DNA of 64,000 bases from Hydrolagus affinis (taxonomy: Eukaryota): assembly GCA_012026655.1 (NCBI GenBank), contig JAAILG010000271.1, positions 1-64,000 on the forward strand, given 5' to 3'. A program made the translations under genes and the position numbers. The notes beneath the pieces are model-generated. The model did not search any database and was not told the DNA's origin. It was given only the letters and a program-made list of their open reading frames with translations. Positions 1-11,130 of the stretch are shown here, in pieces. The stretch's first letter is position 1; each line of letters opens with the position of its first letter.

Positions 1-268
1 CCGTCTCTCTCACCCCCCACCCCTTGCATACCTGTATATTGTATTCGAGGACTGTGAATACAATATGGCGGCTTTGTACCTCGGTCTGTGCATTGTGTAT
101 AGAGATGAGCATTCTGGGTGTTGTAGTTCAGTGTGCTCGTATCCCGATTTTTTTACCTCAATATATTGTTTTTTCGATTAATCGATATTTTTAAAATGTC
201 TATATCGGCATATCGATATGAAAATGATATCAGGCTTTAGCGATATATCAATATATCGCCGGACCCTA
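1..268. mobile_element. Right end of a non-autonomous hAT-type DNA transposon (MITE); left end is outside the window
   Basis: Ends in ...atatatcgccggacccta (reverse complement TAGGGTCCGGCGATATA). Dense subterminal CGAT/ATCG repeats at 175-260 are typical of vertebrate hAT non-autonomous elements. Confidence 0.6.
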
Positions 269-269
269 G

Positions 270-560
270 TATGGAGGCAAAGAGATAGAATAGAATTGGG
301 TGTCGTATGCATACATGTGAAAGTTGACCCCAAGTCTGTCACCAAAAGGGAGCATAAACTAGTTAAAAGAGAGGACCAAGGATAGAGCCCTGAGGAACAC
401 TGCACAAGATGCTATGGGTCCTGGAGGAGGAGCCGTTTGTGGAGACCATGTGGAGCTGGTGTGAGAGATGGCATCTGAACCATTCAAGGACAGAATCTTG
501 AAGGTTTGAGGTGAGAGGAGAAGCAGTGGAGGAAAATGAAGTGTCCATAGTATGTGCATG
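270..560 (-). mobile_element. Degenerate L2 LINE reverse-transcriptase fragment
   Basis: Minus-strand translation VLEWFRCHLSH...SVPQGSILGPLF, followed by a decayed YADDTQ-type motif (HAYDTQFYL). Confidence 0.85.
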
Positions 561-904
561 CTGTGGGCATGAAAACAGATTTCTGGGAGTATTCCTTGCA
601 GTAATCCTTAATTAATTTATGGAGGCTTTAAGGAATGCAAAGAGAAGGGTGATCTCCAGGTAAGCAGACTATTTCTCTCCAGTCAGTAGTAATCTATTTT
701 CTTGGATCCTGAGTGAGAAATTTTACTCTAGTTTTGATCGTTGGCTTAATAGTGCTCTCCCAGAGTTCATCTGTATAGGGAAATTGTCATCCAAGTGGGG
801 GTGTTTGTACTGGAGGTTTCCAGCCTAGTATGCCCAATTTCAAAATGTTAATTGTTTTCAGAATGGTGGTGTACTTCTATCTTGGACATCATTGTAAATT
901 TCAG

Positions 905-1260
905 CTGATTAAACAAAAATTCTACTACCTGCATCCTCAGTCAAACCAAATTCCACATATCCATCACTCCAGGCTCCACTAGTTTCCTGTCTCCAAACAG
1001 ATTGAATTCAGCATCCTCACCCTCACCTATCAATCCCTGCTGGGTATTCTCATCCCATTCATGATATAATATTTTTAGCCACTGTGCCACTACTTTTGGA
1101 ACTCCCTCCTCCTATCACAGTGTCTCTCCTCTCTAACTGCCTCATTGCTCTAAGATGCCATCCTGTGTCAAGAACACTATACTTTATACATTGTTATCTC
1201 TATATCTTGTCTTAAAAACCTCCTTTCGCTCCACCTTTGACCTTGCTCAGGATCCAACCC
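905..1260 (+). mobile_element. Old L2 LINE 3' fragment
   Basis: Resembles the L2 C-terminal region seen in other copies here (ctccactagtttcctgtc...attgaattcagcatcctc; tttggaactccctccct). Confidence 0.6.
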
Positions 1261-1284
1261 AGAATCAATTTATGGGATTGTTGG

Positions 1285-1450
1285 CAAGGTCACTCGGAAA
1301 ATCACCCTTCTCTTTTTGAATATTGCCATGGGATCTTTAACATGTACTAGTACATATTGATAGGATTTTGGGCATTGCAACATACCCCCAGCACTCGAAA
1401 GGAATGTCAGCCAAGACTATGTGAGTGTAATGTCCTGATGTGGAATCTAA
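1285..1450 (-). mobile_element. DeuSINE fragment
   Basis: tgccatgggatctttaac is the reverse complement of the Deu-domain core gtaaaagatcccatggca. Confidence 0.6.
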
Positions 1451-1465
1451 AGGTGGAGGTAGAAA

Positions 1466-1745
1466 GGATGATTGCTATTGCTGATAGTCCCTTTAAAAAC
1501 TTGTTGATTCCTGACAGCTAAAAGTAGGTACAGTGAGGAATATGAATCCAGTACGAAAGGTAATTGAGCAGACTTGTCTGTCTGCTCTGGTCTGTGGGTG
1601 TGCTGTAGGGTAATTCTCGAGGTCTACCATATCATTGCAGCCTGTTCAATTCTCCACAACATTGCTGCTTATCACAGGATCATGGTTGAACATGCAGAGG
1701 AAATACTAATCCGCTTTGCAAATCAGGCTGCTGAACTGCATATGT
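1466..1745 (+). pseudogene. Highly decayed PIF/Harbinger DDE transposase fragment
   Basis: Three motifs in the correct order: G*LL..PLK, RKVIEQT and VYHIIAACSILHNIA. They match the Harbinger/HARBI1 GWLLGDSGYPL, RxxIERTFG and IIxACxxLHN motifs, with stops and frameshifts. Confidence 0.6.
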
Positions 1746-4204
1746 CTTTTGTGGTTCTATAAGCCATTGCTAGAGCCACAGAAGTAAGAGCTGATCTTAT
1801 TAAATGGGATTTCACTTGTCTCTGGATAATGCTAATACCCTGTTTGAACAATAGCTTCTTTCTGCAATGCCCTTCTCTGGTACCTTCTTTAAGACCCTCT
1901 TTAAGAGCTGGGAATATAACTTTAAAGTGTGTATATTTAAATGCACTGACCATGACAGAATATTAAAATAATATAATATTAATCCCTGTGTTTGATGTAA
2001 CATCTTATCATGTTTTAGGACTGTCTCAAAGCACATCACAGGATATGATGCAAAGTGGAGTGATTGTATTTGGTGGCCAATTACTATGTAAGTGTTGGTG
2101 CTGTTTGTAGTTTCTATTGGCTCAAATAATCTGTGCTAGTGTTTAAACTATGCATGACCTTCCATTCTTCCTAATTCTCTCTTTCTCCCCACCCCTCTTT
2201 TGCCTTATATATGCATCGAGTTTGCTTTTAAATACACTGATGCTTTCTGCTTCAACTGTGACTTCAAGCAGTATGTTTCATATTCTTACCCCTCTCTGAA
2301 GATATTCTCTTTTATATCTGCTATTTGTTATCATGTATATTCTCTTTGTCATGGTCTCACCAAGAAGTCTAAAGTTACTGTTTTTATCCACCTTGTCAAA
2401 CCCTTTCATAGTTTGAAACATTTCTCTTGAGTCCCTTCTCAGTCATCAGCAAAGATCAATAGTTTCACACGTTTAGTTATAGCACTAATTCTATTTACGG
2501 GCTTTTGGTTATGTGAAATGTAAGGTGCAAAAATTTCTCATGGCCTTCCCTTGAAGATCATTGCCTTAAAATATAAGATAAGATAATGCAGACTGAATCT
2601 AAATTGTGTAACTCTATTTCTTCAGAATGTAAAAAAAACCTTAATTGTAATTAGCACTGAATTTAAGAATTTTCTACAATTCCAATCTTAATTTTATCTT
2701 AAATTTTAAGGTAGTGGTCTTCAGGCTACAACTATAATATCAGGTCTGGTACTACGGCTCCCCAGCTTTCTGAATTTTATTTCTATCCAGCTTCCGTCAG
2801 CTCAGGTTTGCACTTCTACAGATCAAAGGGCAGGTGAGACGCATACTGAAAGAAAGCCCACCCTCAGTGAAGCCCCCGCAGTGTCCTCAGGAAAGTCTCA
2901 ATAGGAATCATTTGCAGAACTGATTCTCCTGGATCTGAGTCAGAACTGCAACGTGTGCCGTGGCATTCCGGATCAGTCCAGCTGTGGACCGATCAATTCT
3001 TTGAAGGTAAACTGGACAGAGTCCTACAGCACCTTGTTGTTGGTTCAGATGACTTCATCCTGAGAAAACATTCTAAGAAAAAGATAATCTCAGAGCAGAA
3101 CAGTTGCTCCTATCTGGTATGACTGAGAGTGAGTCAGTCTGACAACAGTGAAATCTAGTATGTGTGATGAGCTGAATAGCCTCTTTTTTGAAACCAGTTA
3201 GTTTCCCACCAATCCCACAAATCTTCATAGATTCTGTCAAATCCAACGAGTAAGAAAAGAGAGTATTATCCATTTGGGTTCAAAGACCCAAGAGATGATC
3301 ATCTCATTAAAGATGGCTAATGCATACTCTCTCATGTGGTTGGGGATAAAGATTTTACATTAAACATCACAGACAGTCAAACCTCAGAAGTTGTCATGCT
3401 CCTTCCTCTAATTGGATATTCTAACCCAGTTTATTTGTGACTTTTTTTTGCTTTGTTAATCCCTCTTGAAATTTGGGTGGAGGTGATAGAGTTCTCTTAG
3501 CTTGTCTTGTTTTGAAAACTGTACCAAATAACAGAAGATGATGGAATAAAGCCAGTGAGAACCATAATATATTCTCTTTTTATTAGAGAAGAGAGCACAA
3601 CCAGGAAGGAGCTTAATTGACTCTAGTATGGAAAATAAGATAACAGTAGGGAAACTTATCAAAAAGCTTTCTGGCATGGTAAGTTATCACCACTTCTACT
3701 TGTGTACATAATGTGGTCAGACTACCAATAGGATGTTTAAAGGTCACCTGAATGGACAGATGGGACCTTGGGTAAACATTTCATTCGAAGGAAGGCCATT
3801 AATCAATCAATTAATTAATTAATTAATTAATTGGTGTCAGGCTAGACTATATGATTTAAAATCCCGATGTAGGGCTCGAACACAAAGCTTTTTGACTCTG
3901 AGATGAGAGTTCTACAATTAACATAATTCAAGGTGATGGAAGTAGGGGGTTTAAGATAAAGTTAACAGCTGTATCTCACTTGGTAATGGCAATATTACCA
4001 TTAAAAATATGGTAATACTAAAATATTAAATATTTACTGAACTGTATTCCAGGGCAATGTCCATTTGTTATAACTATACAATAAAACACTATATCAGAAT
4101 TATAATTTACTTGATTTCACATCATCAGATCTAATGCCATGATAGAGAGAAATGAATCTGTCCATGTTTGTTTCTCCTACCTGAATGTGACTGTTCCAAT
4201 TCTT

Positions 4205-4320
4205 GCCCACACATATATATATATACAGTCAATTTACTTTAAGGAATAGTCTGTGAAGCATTTTGAGACGTCTAGAAGACGTGAAAAGCACTTTATCAAA
4301 TGCAAGGATTATCATTATTA
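4205..4320 (+). mobile_element. SINE 3' part with L2-type stem-loop and (ATT)n tail
   Basis: atatacagtcaatt...tttgagacgtctagaagacgtgaaaagcact...aaatgcaaggattatcattatt. Confidence 0.8.
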
Positions 4321-5762
4321 CATAAATTTTCTGTGGCCCATGTAAACATTTTGATGTGGGACAGACTCTGACAAATTGATCTTACGATTGATCATCACAC
4401 TGCTGCTATTGAGTTTTTGCCTAAAGCCGTGGCTTGTATTTTTATCTCGCTTCATGGCATGCCTATGCCATTTGAATAGAAATAAAAATGTCCAATGTGG
4501 TCACTTTAGCAATGCATTAATAGTATTGTTAGATTGAATATGTTGAAGGCTTACCCTACCCCCCACCCTCCTCCCCTCTCCTCATCTCACACACACTTCA
4601 TTCCCGATATCAACTAAGAATCTTGGAGTCTTCACCATCTGCACACATCGAACATGTTGTTAAATTAACTTCCAAGTGATTTATTTTGTATTTATGGATG
4701 GAATGGACACAGTATGTCTCCCAACAGTTAATCCCCCCCGTGATGTATGGTATCCATATGTACTGCATTTGAAAGTCCTGAAATTTGGAGTTTATCTTAT
4801 CAGGGCTGCTTCAGTTTACAACTTTTCAGTTCTATAGAAACTTGCGTTGGCATGCAGATCTCCCAAGCTACCAATACCGTTCAGAGTGCTCATGACTTTT
4901 GATATATTGAACTCTGACTGTATTTGCAATGGTGGATAGCGGTGCTAAGAGTTGTGTTGACTGCTTTGAAGAGAGAAGCGGCGGTGATATTGCTCTCAGA
5001 GTGACAGTCGTCTCAGAGAAGGAATGAGTTTCTGACTGTGAGATTGCTGCAACCTTGGGTTATAATGGTAGCCTGAGGGAAGGAAGGGATAATATAGGGA
5101 CCACAGTATATAATGATAGAGTAAAATACTGCCAGCTCATTCAATTAGGATCCATTCTTCTTGACGTAATTCAACTAATAACACTGTGAATATATTATTT
5201 ACATTGCCTGTGGCCTACTCAATGAAAGCTGAAAGAAACTACCGAAAGTATTATTGGGCTATCCCCTTGGGTATTTTAATAAAGCCTAAGATTAACTCAG
5301 CCTTTCATTCAGCTAATGTAGAGAAGAAGTATTTGCTTGATACCAGATTCAACATGCACACTGGTGGGCATATTAAAGAATGGGCTCTCAGTTGTCAGAA
5401 TTAGATTGCAGTTGAGCAGAGAAACGGAGACGGTTCCTCACACAATTCAATATTTATGATTTTTGTGTGAATTCAGATGGTAAATAATATATGTTTACCC
5501 CCAATATTATCCTTTAATATGCATTAAGGGTGTTAAAATCAAATATATATCTAGCAAATTTTCTTAATCGTAATTGGATACAGATTTGTAGAACAAGTCC
5601 ATACACAATCCATCCGATCAATATATTCCAGATATCCAAGGATCTCTCTTACCACTTGTTTATGAGATTACTTCCTCCTCATTCCAGATCTCATGCCTTA
5701 TTATTGTTTGCTTGAATCTCTCCAAATTACTTGTCTTCTCTTCATTACTCTTCGTTCCCAGA

Positions 5763-5862
5763 NNNNNNNNNNNNNNNNNNNNNNNNNNNNNNNNNNNNNN
5801 NNNNNNNNNNNNNNNNNNNNNNNNNNNNNNNNNNNNNNNNNNNNNNNNNNNNNNNNNNNNNN
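5763..5862. other. Assembly gap (100 N)
   Basis: Run of N. Confidence 1.
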
Positions 5863-6105
5863 CCCCAACCCCTCCCCTTGCCATCTATCCCCCCTTTTTC
5901 CCCTAATCCCACTTCCATGATTGTTTGTGGGACACTGCTGTGCGCAATTTGGCTGCCACATTTCACCCACAAATATACAGTCAATTTTTCTACTCTTCTT
6001 CATCCTGCCCCGACCCCTACCCCCCTGCTCTTGTCCCTACTTAACTGTACAGCGCCTTGGAACATCCTCTCGACCTGAAAGGCGCTATATAAATGTAAGT
6101 TTTGA
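5863..6105 (+). mobile_element. L2 3' UTR/tail containing an internal SINE body fragment (about 5915-5988)
   Basis: C-rich L2 3' UTR ending cagcgccttggaacatcctctcgacctgaaaggcgctatataaatgtaagt, interrupted by the SINE segment gtttgtgggacactgctgtgcgcaatt...aaatatacagtcaatt. Confidence 0.7.
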
Positions 6106-6114
6106 TTAATTGAT

Positions 6115-6415
6115 TGATTTGATATTGTGGTTTTTCACTTCTTCGAGATGTCTCAAAGCACTTCACAGAATACGCTGTAAAGTGAATTTACTGTATATGT
6201 GTGGGTGACACACAGCAGCCAATTGCACGTAGTAGTGTCCCAAACAGTCATAGATTGACTGACCAAATTATTACGGTGTTGTTTTTCCTTAAGGGATTAT
6301 TATTTGGTATGTGGCATAAGGAAACTTGCCCAAGGTTTCGCCCTGCCGGGGAATTGAACCCAGGTCTCTTCCTTGCGAGGCGAGTGCTCTAACCACTGAG
6401 TTACAGGACTCCACA
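6115..6415 (-). mobile_element. tRNA-derived SINE, near full length
   Basis: Head gtggagtcctgtaactcagtggttagagc (A box) ... gggttcaattccc (B box), then body and L2-type tail. Confidence 0.85.
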
Positions 6416-6429
6416 TTGAGGAATACAAA

Positions 6430-6620
6430 GAATAGCTTCAAGGCATACACTAGGAAATATTTCCTAGCCCAGAGGGAAATGATTGCCTAGATCAGGTTAC
6501 TGGAAAGGGTGATTGAGACCCTGGACTCATTTAAAAACAACTTGATGCTATGCTGGGAGGATGGTAGGGTGTATATTTTGGAAGAATAAAATCAAATAGG
6601 CCAACTGTCTTTTTTTATCT
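6430..6620 (+). mobile_element. Old CR1 3' fragment
   Basis: Resembles the CR1 3' region (aggaaatatttc...cagagg...ggtgattgaga...tcatttaaaaacaacttgatgc). Confidence 0.45.
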
Positions 6621-7532
6621 GAATCAAACTTGTGATTTTCTGAACTGTGGCTCACCTCCAACTGCAGTGAGTTGTTCATCAGAATGCTGTTGGATTGGGA
6701 TTCCCTAATTTTATGAGATATCTGAATAGTTATTTTCTTCCCTCTCCACTCCCTTTGGCTCCCACCCCCAGCTTGTGTCCAGCCTGTCCAGCACCAGTGA
6801 AGTTTATTGAGATGTATTCTCAATATGAAAGGAGTCATATAAGTATGAATTGTGTTGTATTATATCTGCAAAGATCAAAACATCTTGATTTTATATCACT
6901 GTCAAGTGTCATGTCCACCAAAACCTATTCTAGAGTCAAACATGACACAGTCAAACAAATAGGGAGCTAAGTCTGAATTATAATGATGGAGATGTCGATG
7001 ATAATAATAATTGGGAAAACTTCTGAAAGCTCTTCACAGAATATATTTTAAAGTAATATGACTCTGTACTTTGTGGGTGAATGCGTAGCCAATTTGCCTC
7101 TATCAAAATCCCACAATCAGTCATGGAGTGAATGGGCAATTTAATTTGGTGGATTGTTAGCCAAGATGCAGGAGAAACTGTTTTATTTTCAAGTAGTGTC
7201 ACAGGATTTCAATGTGGTATACAAAAAATACCACCTCCTACAATGCATTGCACACCCAGTACTGTACTGTAGCATCAGCCTAGACAAAAATGAACTCAAG
7301 TTCTGATATGGAGTTTGAACCAACAATCTTCTAACTCAGAGGCGACAGCAATGCTATCAACTGAACAAGGCTGATACACAAGTATATTTAAGTGTATGTA
7401 TATTGAAGGTTTTTCAAGGCTAGAGAAACTTTGGATTCTGGCATGTTTTTTGGCATGCGTAAATTCAAGAACAAGGTATTTTATCTTCACTTTTAGGATT
7501 GCAAAAGAGAAGAGGAAATACAGGAGATATAA

Positions 7533-7890
7533 AATAATAATAATCCTTGCATTTGATATAGTGGCTTTTCAGGTCTATAAGATGTCTCAAAGCATTTCAC
7601 AGAATGTACTGTAAAGTAAATTCACTGTTTATTTTATTTATTTATTTAGGGTCCCACAAACAGTCATGGATTGAATGAACCAATTTATTTTTTTTAAATC
7701 TCTTTTTCTTAAGGAATTATTGCTCCTGGAAAAGTGATCTGCCATTCGACAAACAACTAGGTTCCTCCTTTACCACCAGGTAAACAGAGGCATGTGGTGT
7801 AAGAAAACTTGCCTAATGTACACCTGCCCAGGAATCAAATCCAGGTCCTCTCACTTGTGCTCCAACCACTAAGCTACAGGAATCCACATT
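7533..7890 (-). mobile_element. tRNA-derived SINE
   Basis: (AAT)n tail followed by tccttgcatttgatatag; tRNA-like head at 7825-7890. Confidence 0.85.
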
Positions 7891-9119
7891 CAGTAAACGG
7901 ATAATAATGAGATTAGATGGTTGAGAATCTATCAAAAGACGGGGAAAAAAGAGAGTAAAATTATAAACCTGTTCCAGCTGTGCATTACACCTTGTACTAG
8001 ATATAGGTAATGGGCCTTCCAAATTTCCTTCAGTTATTCATTCAATTGTGGGGACATATAGGATAATGGGATAGTTATTGCAGAATGCGGACATTCCAAA
8101 CACATAAAGACCCAGACCAATTATAAAACAATACAGCAATAGCTCTTCATGAAGCAATAAATTGAAAGGTATGTTTTAACTTATCTTGTAGTCTCGCCAA
8201 TCTTTAGCCTTGACTAAAAATAAAACATCAGTTGCACAAAAGGAAATCAAAGATTTGCAGCACACAGCAAAACCTTAACCAGGAGACTTCAGACAAAAAT
8301 TCCAGTGACTGCAAATATGTCCATATTATAAATAAAACATGCAAAAGTCACATCAAAGAATTCTACATGAAGAGACACTACCATTACTGGAACAATAAAA
8401 GAAAATGGCAGATTACTCTTCCACTGAGCATAACATCTCAACCCACATTCAAAAGGAATTCTTATAAGTTTCCAACAAAAACAAACACTGATGTTGAGTT
8501 TCTATAGGAACATCTGAGAAACATTGTCACCCATGACAAGCATTACTTAGCTTGTTTTGAATGTGTTGAATCATGTCTCACTAGTCTCAGTGTCACAAGA
8601 TAATAACTATTTTAGAAAAGGCAAAAAAAATTGTTCATTGTTCTTTTTTTCTTTTATCTGATGGCATGCATTGGTAAGAAATGACTGGTTCCACTCCATT
8701 GTATGCTAATTTTATATCACTGTGGCAAGTGAAAGCCACAATACCAAATGTAAGAATCATTATTAGAATATTTGTCCTTTTGAGTTGTTGTTGGCACTAT
8801 CTACTCAAATCCAACTTCTCTGCTCTTTTCTCAATAGCCTTTACCAATATTTTCCTCAGGTATTTATGCAATATTTAGTAGGACTGTGAAACTTTAATGC
8901 TGTATATAACTGTACTTGGAGATACCAGTGGGCTGTGATATTGCCCTTCACAAGAGTGCTGACATTCCTGCATTTGGTAATTTTAGTGAAAATGGAGATG
9001 TTGGTAAATCATTTCCTTCCTGATGTTGTTTTGTTACATTTTTGTTACATTTTTAGTGGATTTCAGAAATTGAAGTAAACTGTCTTGCGAGATGGCAAAA
9101 GTCCTCCATTAATTTTTGC

Positions 9120-9385
9120 AGATTAAACTCCATTTTCATACTGCCTATTCAGGTTGATGTTGAAGGTACCATCACACCACTTGAAAAGAGAAGGGATTGT
9201 TAGCCAGAAGTTTTCCTGGCCAATAATCCCCAAATAAAAGATTGATAATTTAATTCATGGCCATTTGTGGGACATTGCTATGCACAAATGAGCTGTTGCA
9301 TTCACCTACAAAATAGATGATCATTAATGCTTTACAGTAAATCTAATGAAATGTTTTGAGATATCCTGATGTGAAAGGTACAAAT
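9120..9385 (+). mobile_element. DeuSINE 3' part
   Basis: ctgcctattcaggttgatgttgaaggtaccatc...cctggccaat...tgtgggacattgctatgcacaaatg. Confidence 0.6.
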
Positions 9386-9767
9386 GACAAGCTGTGTGGT
9401 TTCAGCTGGTCAAACTCCAGCATTACTCCAGCAGCTGGTCAAACTCCAGCAATGAATACTGGGTTCCCAAGCCTTGGTTCTTGCCAAACTGCACCTAATA
9501 CTCTCCGAAATTAGGTGAGGAAGATGCATCACTCAGGAGGAGAGCGCGTGTACTCCATTCCAACCACTATAATTTTCCATTGTGCGTAGAATGCATAGAA
9601 TCCTTGTTCTAGGTTTGATACAACAAACAATAAAATTACATATTTAGAGCACCTTTCACATCGGGAAGACATCCTAAGGAGGCTTGAGCTAGTCTTAACA
9701 TGAGGATTGGTTTCCATATGTGTCAGAATACCAAGCTGACAATGAAAATCAAATGTAAAATCAAATA

Positions 9768-10125
9768 CAGTAAAGCTTGCTTATCCGGCACCCAACCTAC
9801 CGGTATCTCCAATACAATTCACCATTCCAGCTACTGGATCTCATAGCAGAGCCATCTGGTACACTCCCGGTATGCTCACTTATTAAACTTTAAACTTACC
9901 GAATGCTGGAATTTTTATTTTACCGAGTGTGCTGGAATGCTTTATTGGTAAATATCCATTCAATATTCTGTTATTATTTAGTCTATTATTAATATGGTAT
10001 GTTTTAAAATAAGTTAATTTTTTGTGTAGGATTTTTGGCAACTTGCCACTCAAATATCCGTCATATTTGATTAACCGGCACCAAGCAGGCAGGTCCGAGG
10101 GTGCCGGATAACAAAGCTTTTACTG
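9768..10125. mobile_element. pogo/Tigger-type (Tc1-mariner superfamily) MITE
   Basis: TIRs cagtaaagcttgcttatccggcac / gtgccggataacaaagcttttactg, with TA on both flanks. Confidence 0.85.
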
Positions 10126-10831
10126 TACTATTATTATTGTTATTCATCTTGTTTGTATACATGGGAGACCATGAATGCATAAATCCTTCCTGGTGATGTT
10201 CACAAGAGCTTTGTGCTGTTGTCGTAGTGACAATTTTACTAATAATTTAGCACTCAGCGGCTATAATTTTGCACTTGCTGAACTTTTTGAATTATGCAAG
10301 GGTCAAGTGGCTTGTTAACTGCCAGGCGAATGTTGGTAACTCATTCATTTTTATTATCATGTCACCAAATTGGCATATAATGTACTTGCCCCATTTTAAA
10401 GCAATAAAGGGTGGAAACCCTTGATAGTTGAAATGAAACAACAAATCACTCTAAAAGTATATATTTATTGCAACAAGCATTGCTTTTAGCACCGATATTT
10501 CGGTATTACTTCATGCACCATATCCTCAAAGAGATTCAATGCAACAAATCTTGATCCACTGAAATGCATGTTGTGAGTTTTGAATTTGTAGCAATAAAGC
10601 ATAAAGCATGCGAGTGACCATAATAACGAAATACAAGCACTTCCGAACAAACAGCCAGTGATCACATTATGTGAACAGTCTTGCACATTAAACAGTGAGA
10701 TGGCACTTTAGATAAGACTGCTACTTTTGTGTTGTGAAGTAGAATATCTCTCTTAGATGCATAACACATTAAGGTGAAATTGGGTTCATGATATCAGCCA
10801 CATTGATTTAGCAAAGTTTAACATGTGGTGC

Positions 10832-11130
10832 ACAATACAATAAAATACAAAATTACATTTGTAAAGCACCTTTCACATTGGGTAAATTAGGAACCAAACC
10901 AGGGATTTTGGATCAGGGGAGGCGGAGTGGGGGTTGGGGTAGGAGTGTACCAACACCCTGCTTGTCGGCATTCCCAACTCCTCCCTTCACAACCTGCGTA
11001 TCATCCAGAACTCTGCAGCTGTGTCCTCTCTCGCACCAGGCTCCATGCCCACATTACACCCACGCTAGCCTGGGTGGCTCCCCATCCCTCAGAGGATCAA
11101 GTTCAAAATTCTCATCTTCACCTTCAAGGC
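10832..11130. mobile_element. Rearranged L2 3' element: tail on minus strand, RT C-terminal segment inverted on plus strand
   Basis: Minus-strand tail at 10832-10945 with a (GTATT)n-like end. Plus-strand segment at 10955-11130 with atcatccagaactctgcagc...gaggatcaagttcaaaattctcatc. Confidence 0.7.

Noticed and set aside
5660-6078. Multiple ORFs across 5763-5862 (and similarly across 15751-15850)
   Set aside because: They are open only because they run through N gaps.
6340-6415. tRNA genes at SINE heads (also 35038, 39377, 50183)
   Set aside because: A and B boxes are present, but each continues into a SINE body and tail and has degenerate stems.
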